Assembly: GCA_965248445.1 (NCBI GenBank)
Contig: CBDFJG010000004.1
Coordinates: 1,824,001-1,888,000 of the forward strand
DNA from: Planctomycetota bacterium
GTDB taxonomy: Bacteria > Planctomycetota > JAJSAM01 > JAJVHW01
DNA: 64,000 nucleotides
Direction of reading: 5' to 3'
How positions within the stretch are numbered: the first letter of the stretch is position 1; each line of letters starts with the position of its first letter. Both the position numbers and the translations under genes were made by a program. Under the pieces are notes generated by a model that did not search any database, was not told the DNA's origin, and saw only the letters and a list, made by a program, of their open reading frames with translations. Below are positions 38,641 through 48,155 of this stretch, in pieces.

Positions 38641-40235
38641 TCCTGAAGGCGGGCAAGACCTGGAAGCTGAAGATCCGCGGTCAGGAGGACGTCTCCGGCC
38701 AGGAGTGTCTCGAGAACCCGACGGTTGTCGTCTCGGATCTGGCCGCGGCGCCGTCGGTGGACGAGGCGCCAGACGACCGCGGCAGGGGCAAGTTCCGGAT
38801 TGCGCTCCTCGACCTGCCGGGCGGCGGCCGCGTCGACATCACCACATGCGGCAAGACCCGCACCTGGCACCTCGTCAACCTGGGCCCGAAGGGCGCGCTC
38901 GACGATCCGATCTCGCCGATCGAGCCCCCCGCGAGTCTGAGCTACGACGAACCGGCGCCCTCCTACAGGGTCGGCGACCCGATCACCGACAACACCGCCT
39001 CGCTCGGCGGCGGCGGCGCGCCGACCGCGTTCTCGATCGCGCCGCAGGCGCCCGACGGACTGACGTTCGACGCGGCCACCGGAACGCTCAGCGGCACGCC
39101 GGAGACCGCCGCGTTCTCCTCCCCGTTCACGATCACGGCGTCGAACGACTCGGGGCAGACGGAGGCGGTGCTGTCGATCCAGGTCACTCCGGAGACGCCG
39201 GACGGAGTCGAGTTCCTCGAGGCCGGCTTCGTCATCGAACAGCTCCACTCCGGACTCGACGTGCCCGTCAAGCTCGCGTTCCTGCCCGACGGGCGTCTCC
39301 TCTTCAACGAGCTGCTCAACGGCAGGACGCGCGTCATCGCGTCGGACGGAACGCTCCTGACAACCCCGTTCGCGACGACGACCGTCAACACGGGCGGGGA
39401 GCAGGGGCTGCTCGGGCTCGCAGTCTCGCCGACATTCGAGAGCGACGGCCACGTCTTCGTGCTCGCCACCGTTCCGGCGGATGGGCCCCAGCCGATCCGC
39501 AACCAGGTCATCCGCTACACGGCCACCGGTGACACCGGCGGTTCGCCGACGGTGATCCTGGACGACATCCCGGCGGCGACTATCCACAACGCGGGCGATC
39601 TGCAGTTCGGCCCGGTCGACGGCAAGCTCTACGTCAGCACGGGCGACGCAGAAGACGAGGACAACTCGCAGACGGACGGGAGGCTCGCCGGCAAGATCCT
39701 CCGGATCAACGCGGACGGAACCGTTCCCGGAGACAATCCCGTCCCCGGCGACCCGGAGTGGTGCCGCGGGCTCCGGAACACCTTCGACATGGCGTTCCAC
39801 CCGGTTACCGATGGCCTTTTCGGGTCGGAGAACGGACCGACGTTCGGCGACGAGATCAACTTCCTCGCTCGGGACAAGAACTTCGGCTGGGGTCCCGTCC
39901 CGCCGGATCTTCCCGCGTTCAAGCTGGGCGTGCGGGTGATCGATTGGACGCCCGTGATCGTGCCGACGGGCGTGTTGTTCCTCGAGGGCGCAGGCTTCCC
40001 GGCCGACTTCGAGGACGACCTGCTCGTGCTCGAGTACGACGAGGCCGGCATCCGTCGCCTGCAACTCTCCGGCTCGTCGAAGATCGACCTCGACGCACAA
40101 GTCCCGTTCGTCGACCTGGACGATTCGGGGTCGGTCGACAACAAGCCGCTCGACGCGGTCGAGGCGCCGGATGGTTCGCTGTGGTTCTCGACGTTCGGCG
40201 GCCTCTGGCGGGTCGCTCCGTACGAAACACCCTGA
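38635..40235 (+). CDS. PQQ-dependent glucose/sorbosone dehydrogenase family protein with an Ig-like domain; N-terminus apparently lost
   Basis: Ig-like PDGLTFDAATGTLSGTP; LAFLPDGR, GEQGLLGLAVSP, HNAGDLQFGP.DGKLY..TGD, GKILRIN.DG, GLRNTFDMAFHP and DEIN...NFGW. Confidence 0.8.
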
Positions 40236-40405
40236 CGCGCGACCGGCAAGCGCCGCGGTGTAACCGATCTCGCGGTAACCACTTACGAGAGTGCGTCGCG
40301 GCGGCGGGCGACGAGATACCACGTAACGGGCGCACCTGGGAATCTGTGGTACTTTTCAAGTTACGCAGCTGCTAGGCAGACCACGCGTTGGGAGGTTACA
40401 TCGAA

Positions 40406-42862
40406 ATGTTCTGGCCCTCATTTGGGGGAGGGACCGGGCGCCTCGTTCGCTTGAGTATTCTGTCCGTGATCCTGGCTGGGATCGCACCCGCCGTTCAGGC
40501 TGAGAACGGCGAAGGCTACGTCTTCGACGTCACGATCGCTCCGATCTGCCTCGACGGTACGTACCCAGTCAACATCTCCCCCTCCAGTGGCGATATTGCG
40601 GCAGCACTCACGCTTACGACGGATGCTCGGGGCAAGCTCTCCGGAACCCTTACGGCGGATAGCACCGCTTATGCCGCCAAGGGGAAGATCAAGATCAGGG
40701 GCTCGGGGACGACCTTCAAGGTCACCGCGAAGCTCTCGAAAAAGGAAAGTGTCACGCTCAAAGGTTCGCTCAGCGCGGACTCGATCAGTGGCTCTGCGAA
40801 GGGCAAGGGCGCCTTCGGTGGCGCGACCACGTTCGACATGGACGTGACGGATGCCGGCGAAGCCATCGGTTCCATCTCCGCTGTCGCCGTGCCGAAGTCG
40901 CGCGGCCGACTGGGCGGGACGGGAACGATGACCGTCTGCGGCATCGCCGTGCCCATCAAGATCGCGGGCAAGACGAAGGGGAAGTTCTCGATCATCTTCA
41001 AGGGATCGAAGAAGAAGACCCCCGTCTCCGTCAAGGGCACGGGCGACTACACCCCGGGCAGCGCACTTCTGACGCTGACCGCCAAGGGCTACGGCACGCG
41101 TTCGCACGACGCCGGCGTGAGGAACGTCGACACCGTTCTGCCACCCGCGAACGTCGTCTACGGCTTCGCCTCTCCGCTCTACGAGCGCGAGGATGTCATC
41201 ACGGCGAACGTCCCGACCGCGGACGGCGACGTCGCGGACACCTGGAGCATCACTCCGCCGCTTCCGTCGGGACTCTCGATGGACGGGGTCACGGGTGTCG
41301 TCACCGGCACACCGGACACGGTCCAGGCACCGTCACAGCACACCGTCACCGCCGGCAACCTGGCCGGCACCGCCGATGGGGCTTTGACCATCGAGGTGCG
41401 GGAGAACCGCGCCTTCTCGCTCGCCGTGCAGCCCGGACTCACGGCAGTGGACGTGCGTCACTTCCTCAACCGCGCCACGTGGGCGGTGAACGAAGCCGAC
41501 GTCGCGGACATCCAGGCCAACGGCATCGAGCAGTACATCGACGAGATGATGGTGTTCGAGCTCGACACGGCGTGGGAACAGGCCGCCACCGCGGAGGAGT
41601 TGCAAGACAGCAGCGATCCGCAGGGCCTCGTTCCGAACTCGACCGAGGTCGCGCGCTGGTGGTCCGAGCTGATGATGACCACCGAGAGCCCGTTCCAGGA
41701 GGTCCTCACGATCTTCTGGCACGACGCGATGCCGATCAACACGAACGACATCGGCGGCAACAGCCGCGCGCATCTCATGGTCCCCTACATCAACCTGCTC
41801 CGCGGCGACGGCACAGCGAACTTCAAGACGCTGATGACCGACCTCTCACGGGACGGCGCGATGCTGCGCTACCTCGACAACCACATCAACACGCGCACGG
41901 CTCCGAACGAGAACTACGCGCGTGAGTACTGGGAGCTCTTCACCGCGGGCGTGGACAACGGTTACACGCAGGACGACATCGTCGAGTCGGCGAAGGCGTT
42001 CACCGGCTGGCGCGAGCGCTCGCAGGTCGTCAACGACTACCCGACGCCCGGCAACTCGGTGACGACGTACTACTTCGAGTTCGACACGAACCGGCACGAC
42101 GTCAACGACAAGAACTTCCTCGGCCAGACGGTCTCGGGACAGAACGTCACCGACGACTTCCAGGCCGTCACGGACATCACGTTCGCGAACATCGATGTCG
42201 AGAACTTCATATCGAAGAGGCTGATCGAGTGGTTCGCCTTCTTCGAACCGCCCGACGAGCTGGTCACAGCTCTCGGAGCGGTGTTCCGCAACGCCAACTT
42301 CGAGATCATGCCGATGCTCAAGGCTCTGTTCATGAGCGAGGCCTTCTACTCGTCGCGGGCACGCGCGAACTACATCAAGAACCCCGTCGAGTTCGGCGTC
42401 GGCTTTGTCCGCACGACCGGCCTGCGCATTCCGCCGAATGACATGGACTCGCTCCTCAACACGCTCGCGATGCGGCCTTCTTTCCCGCCGGTCGTGGACG
42501 GTTGGCCGGAGAGCACAGCATGGCTCTCCGCACAGGCGATGGTCGACCGGAGCAATCTGATCGAGCACACAGTCAACAACGAGATGAGCTTCCAGAACGG
42601 CCTCGGCATCGACGTCGCAGACCTGTTGCCGCCTCCGGGCCAGCAGAGCGCGGCCGAGGTGATCGACCAACTGGCGACTCTGATGCAGGTCACGCTCGGC
42701 GCCGGTGAGCGCCAAGACCTCATCGACTACATGGTCACGGAGAACGACGGCGGCGTCATCGAGCCGTCACCTTGGGACCCGCTCAACTCGAGCATGGTCA
42801 ACGAACGCGTGCGGGGCGTCCTGTACGTCCTGGCTGTACACCCCACGTATCAGGTCCGGTAA
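40406..42862 (+). CDS. DUF1800 family protein with N-terminal Lys-rich beta domain and Ig-like domain
   Basis: Signal peptide (AVQA), LPSGLSMDGVTGVVTGTP, HFLNRATW, QEVLTIFWH, AMLRYLDN, PNENYAREYWELFT.G, AFTGW and KNPVEF. Confidence 0.88.
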   Translation: MFWPSFGGGTGRLVRLSILSVILAGIAPAVQAENGEGYVFDVTIAPICLDGTYPVNISPSSGDIAAALTLTTDARGKLSGTLTADSTAYAAKGKIKIRGSGTTFKVTAKLSKKESVTLKGSLSADSISGSAKGKGAFGGATTFDMDVTDAGEAIGSISAVAVPKSRGRLGGTGTMTVCGIAVPIKIAGKTKGKFSIIFKGSKKKTPVSVKGTGDYTPGSALLTLTAKGYGTRSHDAGVRNVDTVLPPANVVYGFASPLYEREDVITANVPTADGDVADTWSITPPLPSGLSMDGVTGVVTGTPDTVQAPSQHTVTAGNLAGTADGALTIEVRENRAFSLAVQPGLTAVDVRHFLNRATWAVNEADVADIQANGIEQYIDEMMVFELDTAWEQAATAEELQDSSDPQGLVPNSTEVARWWSELMMTTESPFQEVLTIFWHDAMPINTNDIGGNSRAHLMVPYINLLRGDGTANFKTLMTDLSRDGAMLRYLDNHINTRTAPNENYAREYWELFTAGVDNGYTQDDIVESAKAFTGWRERSQVVNDYPTPGNSVTTYYFEFDTNRHDVNDKNFLGQTVSGQNVTDDFQAVTDITFANIDVENFISKRLIEWFAFFEPPDELVTALGAVFRNANFEIMPMLKALFMSEAFYSSRARANYIKNPVEFGVGFVRTTGLRIPPNDMDSLLNTLAMRPSFPPVVDGWPESTAWLSAQAMVDRSNLIEHTVNNEMSFQNGLGIDVADLLPPPGQQSAAEVIDQLATLMQVTLGAGERQDLIDYMVTENDGGVIEPSPWDPLNSSMVNERVRGVLYVLAVHPTYQVR

Positions 42863-42873
42863 AGGAGGGACAT

Positions 42874-44169
42874 ATGTGCAACCAACACAAGGGGCACGGA
42901 CACCTTCCTAAGGGCGTCACGCGCCGAGACATTCTCAGAGCCGGTACGGCAGCCGCGGGCATCGTTGCCCTCGGACCGCTCGCCGGCGGCATCAAGGTCG
43001 CGCACGGTGCTCCGCTGAACATCAAGCGGATGATCGTCGTGAACTTCTTCGGTGGGCAGGACACGCTCAACTTCGTGATCCCCCACCTGCTGCCTCGCTA
43101 CAACAATCGACGGCCGACGATCGCCATCAACAACGGTCTCAGCCTCGATAACGGCGGTGCGGCGACGAACATCGACTTCACCATCCACCCGGTGATGACG
43201 GACATCCGCAACATGTGGGACGACGGCGACATGGCCTTCGTCAACAAAGTCGGGTATCCGCAACAGAACCTCAGTCACTTCACCAGTCAGAACATCTTCA
43301 GCCGCGGCGTCCGCTCGGAATCGGACGGAGCCGTCCGGTCAGGCTGGATCGCGCGATGGGCGGACGAGAACGCGCCGACGGCTTTGTCGTCGGTCGGTAT
43401 CGGCGTCGGTCGGTTGCTGGACTTCGTGGGTGGGCAGACCAGCCCGTTCCTCGCGTCCTCCCTCAGCAACTTCGAGGTCCGAGGCCGCGGAGGCGGCAAC
43501 GGCCTGAACGACGACGACTTGCACCGCGTCAACACGGCCAAGTCGATGCTGGCACAGTTCGGCGGTACGGGCGTCTCGGCCGAAGCCAAGACTGCGGTCG
43601 ATCAGGCCTACCAGCTCGCGGATCAGGTCGCAGACTCGATCACGAACTACTCCGGAACCGGTGACTACGGCTCGTCGACCTTCGCCAATCGGATGAAGGA
43701 CATCTCCCGCATGGTCGAGGCGGGGTTCGAGACGCAGATCTACTACACCGGCTTCGGCGGACTCGACACGCACGGCGGACAACTCAACCGTCACTCCCCC
43801 ATCCTGGCGAACTTCAACAACGCGGTCCGGGGCTTCTCCCAGGACATGAAGTCGCTGGGCCAGTGGGACAACACGGTGATCGTCGGAATCACAGAGTTCG
43901 GCCGTCGCAACTTCGAGAACGGTTCGCAAGGCACCGACCACGGGCACGAATCGACGCAGATGATCATCGGCGGACCGGTACAGGGAGGCAACCGCGGCGG
44001 CGCTCTGGTCGACAACGACCTCGCCACCAACTGGCTGCAGAACTCCTCCGAGTCGTCCGATTTCCGCTCCGTCTACAAGGAGATCCTCACGGATCACCTC
44101 GGGTCGGGCGGCATGAACGTCGTCTTCCCGGAGGTCATTCCAGGAGACCAGGACCTCGGGCTCATCTAG
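42874..44169 (+). CDS. DUF1501 family protein with Tat signal
   Basis: TRRDILRAG, GGQDTLN..IP, RPTIAI, VGYP.QNLSHF, GGLDTH, TEFGRR..EN...GTDHG and DFRSVY; AAAGGAGG RBS. Confidence 0.9.
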   Translation: MCNQHKGHGHLPKGVTRRDILRAGTAAAGIVALGPLAGGIKVAHGAPLNIKRMIVVNFFGGQDTLNFVIPHLLPRYNNRRPTIAINNGLSLDNGGAATNIDFTIHPVMTDIRNMWDDGDMAFVNKVGYPQQNLSHFTSQNIFSRGVRSESDGAVRSGWIARWADENAPTALSSVGIGVGRLLDFVGGQTSPFLASSLSNFEVRGRGGGNGLNDDDLHRVNTAKSMLAQFGGTGVSAEAKTAVDQAYQLADQVADSITNYSGTGDYGSSTFANRMKDISRMVEAGFETQIYYTGFGGLDTHGGQLNRHSPILANFNNAVRGFSQDMKSLGQWDNTVIVGITEFGRRNFENGSQGTDHGHESTQMIIGGPVQGGNRGGALVDNDLATNWLQNSSESSDFRSVYKEILTDHLGSGGMNVVFPEVIPGDQDLGLI

Positions 44170-45838
44170 CCGCATCTGTTCACGAGACGTCGCGATGACG
44201 GTGCTTTCGGAGTCCACAGGGTCAGATCTTGGCCAGGCGAGGGCGGATGCTGTCGTCGTTGCCACAAGGGCAACGCGAGTGAGCGGCCGAAACGGCGCGG
44301 ATTCTGCGGTGTGGGCAGACCGTAGGCCGGGCGGTGGTGTGGCGGACGGCGCGGCGGGACGTCAGGTCGGCTTCGGGGATGCCAGCAGTCGTTGCGCGCA
44401 GCGCTCGAAGACGTGCTGCCAGGGCCACGACGAGGACATCGAGACCCAGATCCGGCGCGTCGTGATCCGCACGAGCGCGCCGATCTTGAGCAGCCGCAGG
44501 CGGATCGTGCCGGCTTGCGCACGCGCCATCTCGGTGCCGGCGAGACCGATGCGTCGCAGCGCACAGGTCAGGACGTAGGCCATGGCCGACATGGCCATCC
44601 GCACGGCGTTGCCCTGCATCGTGTGCACCGACAGACGGGTGCCGAAGAGCTCGAGCTGCTGCTCCTTGATGCGATTCTCCGCCTCGCCCCGGGCGCAGTA
44701 GAGCTGCTCGTAGAGACGCTTGCTGCTCCAGCTACGAGGCGGCAGATTGGTCACCACGAAGCGGGGATTGCGCTTGCCGCCCGGCAGGTGCTCGGCCTTG
44801 GCGACCACGCGACGCCTCTGGCTCCAGCTCCCCAGCGTGGTCCAGGCAAAGTCGCGAAAGACCCGGGCTGCTCGGCCGGTCTGCACGGCACGGGCTGCGG
44901 CCTCATCGAGCGCGTCTTCGACGTGTCGCTCAAGGCGCTCATTGCGCGCCATGCCCAGCAGGTAGAAGTGGCCGGCGGCCTCGCACCAGGCCATCAGCTC
45001 CTCGCGGCAAAAGCCCGAGTCTGCGCGCACGAGCACCTTGGCCCGGGGCCAGCGGCGCCGCAGACGTAAGACCAGCGCACGGAGCTCGTCCACGACTCCG
45101 CGCGCGGGATCTCTGTCAGCGGTCTGGAGCCGAGCGAGCAAGAGGTGCTCGCCGCAGAAGACGTACAGCGGCAGGTAGCAGTAGTGCCCGTAGTAGCCGT
45201 GGAAGAAGCGGCCCTCCTGCCGGCCGTGCAGCCGCACGTCGGAGTGGTCCAGGTCCAGCACGAGCAGGCCCGGATCCTCCGGCCCCATGGCCTCGCAGAA
45301 GACGTCGCTGAGCACGCTGTCCACGCGCTCCTGGTCCATCTCGATCTTGGCGTAGCGCGTCTGTGCCGTGGCGCCGAGCTGCGTGGTCTCGAGCCGCGAG
45401 AGCGTCGGGTGCGTGGCCAGAGCACCCTCGCGCTTGCCGCACGCCGCGGCAAACAGCGGGTCCTTGCCGACATGGTCGTGGTCCACCAGATCCTCGTAGC
45501 CCGCGCACAGCCCGAAGACCCGCTGACGCAGCATCTGGCCGACCGTGTGCTCGACCCGACGCGGGTCCCGGTGGTCCCCGAAGCAGCGCGCAAACCGCGA
45601 GAGCAGATCGATGCGACGATCGGTCCGCTCGAGCAGCAGCACGCCCCCGTCGCTCGTCACGGTACCGGCGTCGAAGCGCGTCACCGCGGTGCGTCCACAG
45701 ATGCCCGCGAAGAGGGTCCCCTGCGGGCTACAGTCTGTCGTCATCGGGCCGGCGCTCCTGTCGGTGCAAGTACTAGCGAGTACGAGCACTTAGACAGACG
45801 ACGGCCCGCTCAGATTCCCGGCTGGTGAACGATTCGGG
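44170..45838 (-). mobile_element. IS1380-family insertion sequence, copy 2 (1669 bp), CTAG target duplication
   Basis: CTAG at 44166-44169 (contains the DUF1501 stop) and 45839-45842; inverted match to copy 1. Confidence 0.95.
44362..45744 (-). CDS. IS1380 family DDE transposase
   Basis: Same protein sequence as 28757-30139. Confidence 0.95.
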   Translation of the reverse strand: MTTDCSPQGTLFAGICGRTAVTRFDAGTVTSDGGVLLLERTDRRIDLLSRFARCFGDHRDPRRVEHTVGQMLRQRVFGLCAGYEDLVDHDHVGKDPLFAAACGKREGALATHPTLSRLETTQLGATAQTRYAKIEMDQERVDSVLSDVFCEAMGPEDPGLLVLDLDHSDVRLHGRQEGRFFHGYYGHYCYLPLYVFCGEHLLLARLQTADRDPARGVVDELRALVLRLRRRWPRAKVLVRADSGFCREELMAWCEAAGHFYLLGMARNERLERHVEDALDEAAARAVQTGRAARVFRDFAWTTLGSWSQRRRVVAKAEHLPGGKRNPRFVVTNLPPRSWSSKRLYEQLYCARGEAENRIKEQQLELFGTRLSVHTMQGNAVRMAMSAMAYVLTCALRRIGLAGTEMARAQAGTIRLRLLKIGALVRITTRRIWVSMSSSWPWQHVFERCAQRLLASPKPT

Positions 45839-45906
45839 CTAGCGCAGCGCGGGGGGCCGCGGCTGCGCGGTGGCGGTGCGGGATCATGGCCGTACGAGGC
45901 GTGGCG

Positions 45907-46091
45907 TCACTGCTGAGCCACAGTGATCTTGAGAGCGAGCACGCCCGCGCCCATCAGCGCACCGGACTCATCGACCAAGATGACGTGCTTCACGCCCGGG
46001 GACTCGACGAGCTCACCGATCACTGCCTGCCACGTTCCGATGGGATCGTCGCGCTCGAGGTCACGGTCCATGAGACGGAGCGCGAACACCC
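45907..46091 (-). pseudogene. 3' fragment of a possible C2-domain protein, decapitated by the IS3-like element
   Basis: FALRLMDRDLERDDPIGTWQAVIGEL resembles the C2 Ca2+-binding loop pattern (.v.D.D...DD.iG). Confidence 0.45.
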
Positions 46092-47732
46092 CGGGACGTG
46101 TCAACGACTTTGAGACACCGCGTCTTCGAGTTTAGTGAGCAGCCTCCTGTGTCGCAGTCTCCAGCGCCGCGAGTTCCCGGGCCGGCGGGTTGATCCACGT
46201 CTCGGTCGGCAGAGCCGGCGGCGTCGGCGCACGGCGCACGAAGCGCTCGGGATGCGCCGCGTACGCGGCATCGAGCACGACCGAGCGCGCGGCGACGGCC
46301 GCTTCGGCGCGGCCGTAGTGCACGGTCTCGGGCGTCAGCAGCCCGAGACTCGAGTGACGATGCTCGCGGTTGTACCAGTGGAAAAAGGCGCGGCAGTGCG
46401 CCCGCGCGTCCTCGATGCAGCCGAAGCGCGCTGGGAAGTCCGGCCGGTACTTCAGCGTGCGGAATTGGCTCTCGGAAAACGGATTGTCATTCGACGTGTA
46501 CGGCCGGCTGTGCGACTTCGTCACGCCGAGATCGGCGAGCAGAAAGGCCACCGGCTTGCTGATCATCGGCGGCCCCCGATCGGAGTGGATCGTGAGCTGC
46601 TCCGCCGCGATCCCCTGCTTCTCGCAGGACTGCTCGATGAGTGCCGTCGCCAGCGCACCGCTCTCGCAGTCCGCCAGCATCCAGCCCACGACGTTGCGGG
46701 AGTAGATGTCGAGCACGACGTAGAGATAGAAGTAGCTCCACTTCACCGGGCCGCGGAGCTTGGTGATGTCCCAGCTCCAGACCTGGTTCGGGGAGGTCGC
46801 GAGGAGCTCGGGCTTCTTGTACGCGGGATGACGCAGCTGGTTGCGGCGCTCACGCACAGCACCAGCCGCACCGAGGATGCGGTACATCGTGCGCACCGAG
46901 CACAGGTAGCGTCCCTCGTCGAGCAGGATCGCCCACGCCGCAAGCGGTGACAGATCGCAGAAGCGCTCCTCGCTCAGCACCGCGAGTACGGTAAGACGCT
47001 CGTCGATCGTGAGGGCGCGCGGCGAGCGCCGGCGCGGCTGCTGGGGCCGGGGGCACGTGCGTGCCGTTCGGCGCCGATAGAGCGTGGCGCGCGTGACTCC
47101 GAGCGCGCGGCACGCGGGGGCGACGCCCACGCGTCCCCCCAGCTCCTCCGCCGCAATCACGTGTCGCTCCCGCTCGTCTCGGGCATCTCGATGCCCAGCA
47201 GCCGTGAGACTTTTCGCTGCACGTCGATGATCACCTCGGCCGTCTCGAGCCGCTTCTCGAGACGGGCGACTTCGCGCTCGAGCTGCTCGTTGCGCTTCTT
47301 GAGCGCACGGTCCGGATCGGGCTTGGGACCACGCCGCTTGGGCGAGAGCGCCTCGAGCTGGCCCTGGTCCCGCGCGCGCCGCCACGTCAACAAGTGCGAG
47401 GAGTACAGCCCCTCACGGCGCAAGAGAGCGCCGATCTCGCCGGGCTTCGTGCACGCGTCCGCCGCCTCGATGATCCGTAGCTTGTACGCGGCGCCAAAGC
47501 GCCGCCGCGAGGCGCGCGGCACGACCTCGGGGTCGCGCACCCCAACGTCCCCCGGGCCGCGCGCCCCGGGGGAGCCCCCTCCGCCTCGATCGCGCTCGCT
47601 ATGCTCGCCCTCCCTCGGCTCCGGGATCTCCCCCGGCGCTGTGTTGTGGTTGTTCGTCATCGCTGGTTCCTCCACCGCCCTGCACAGTAATCATCCGTGG
47701 GGTCGGTGTCTCAGCCACGTTGGCACAGAGGG
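46092..47732 (-). mobile_element. IS3-like insertion sequence, copy 2 (orfA 47157-47660, orfB 46132-47160)
   Basis: Inverted match to 36065-37705 with the same proteins; no target duplication. Confidence 0.92.
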
Positions 47733-48155
47733 GAGAGCGGACCGAACGAGAAGCGGAACATCTCGTCGAGCGTGCTCGGACCGCCCTCGGGCTCGCGCGC
47801 CATGTCGCACAGGCGCCCGGGCAGGATGCCCGCATCGTGCTCGAACAGGCGGTCGTTCAACTGGTCCCCGGTCAGCCCGTCGGGCAGCCGCGCCCAGTGA
47901 TAGAACCCGCCCTCGCCCGTGAAGAGCTCGATGCCGAGAGACGAGAGGCCCTCGCCGTAGCGTTTGCGCTGCGCCCCGAAGAAGCTGCGGACCGCACTGC
48001 GCGCCAGTCGCACCCGCTCGGTCTCGAGCAGTCGCGTCACGTAGAGCTGCGACGCACGCGAGACGCCGCCCATGCCGAGCGAGGAGTAGTTGCGGAAGAT
48101 CTCGACGTGCTTCTTTGCCGCGACGCACCACCCGATCCGCATCCCCGGCACCTGG

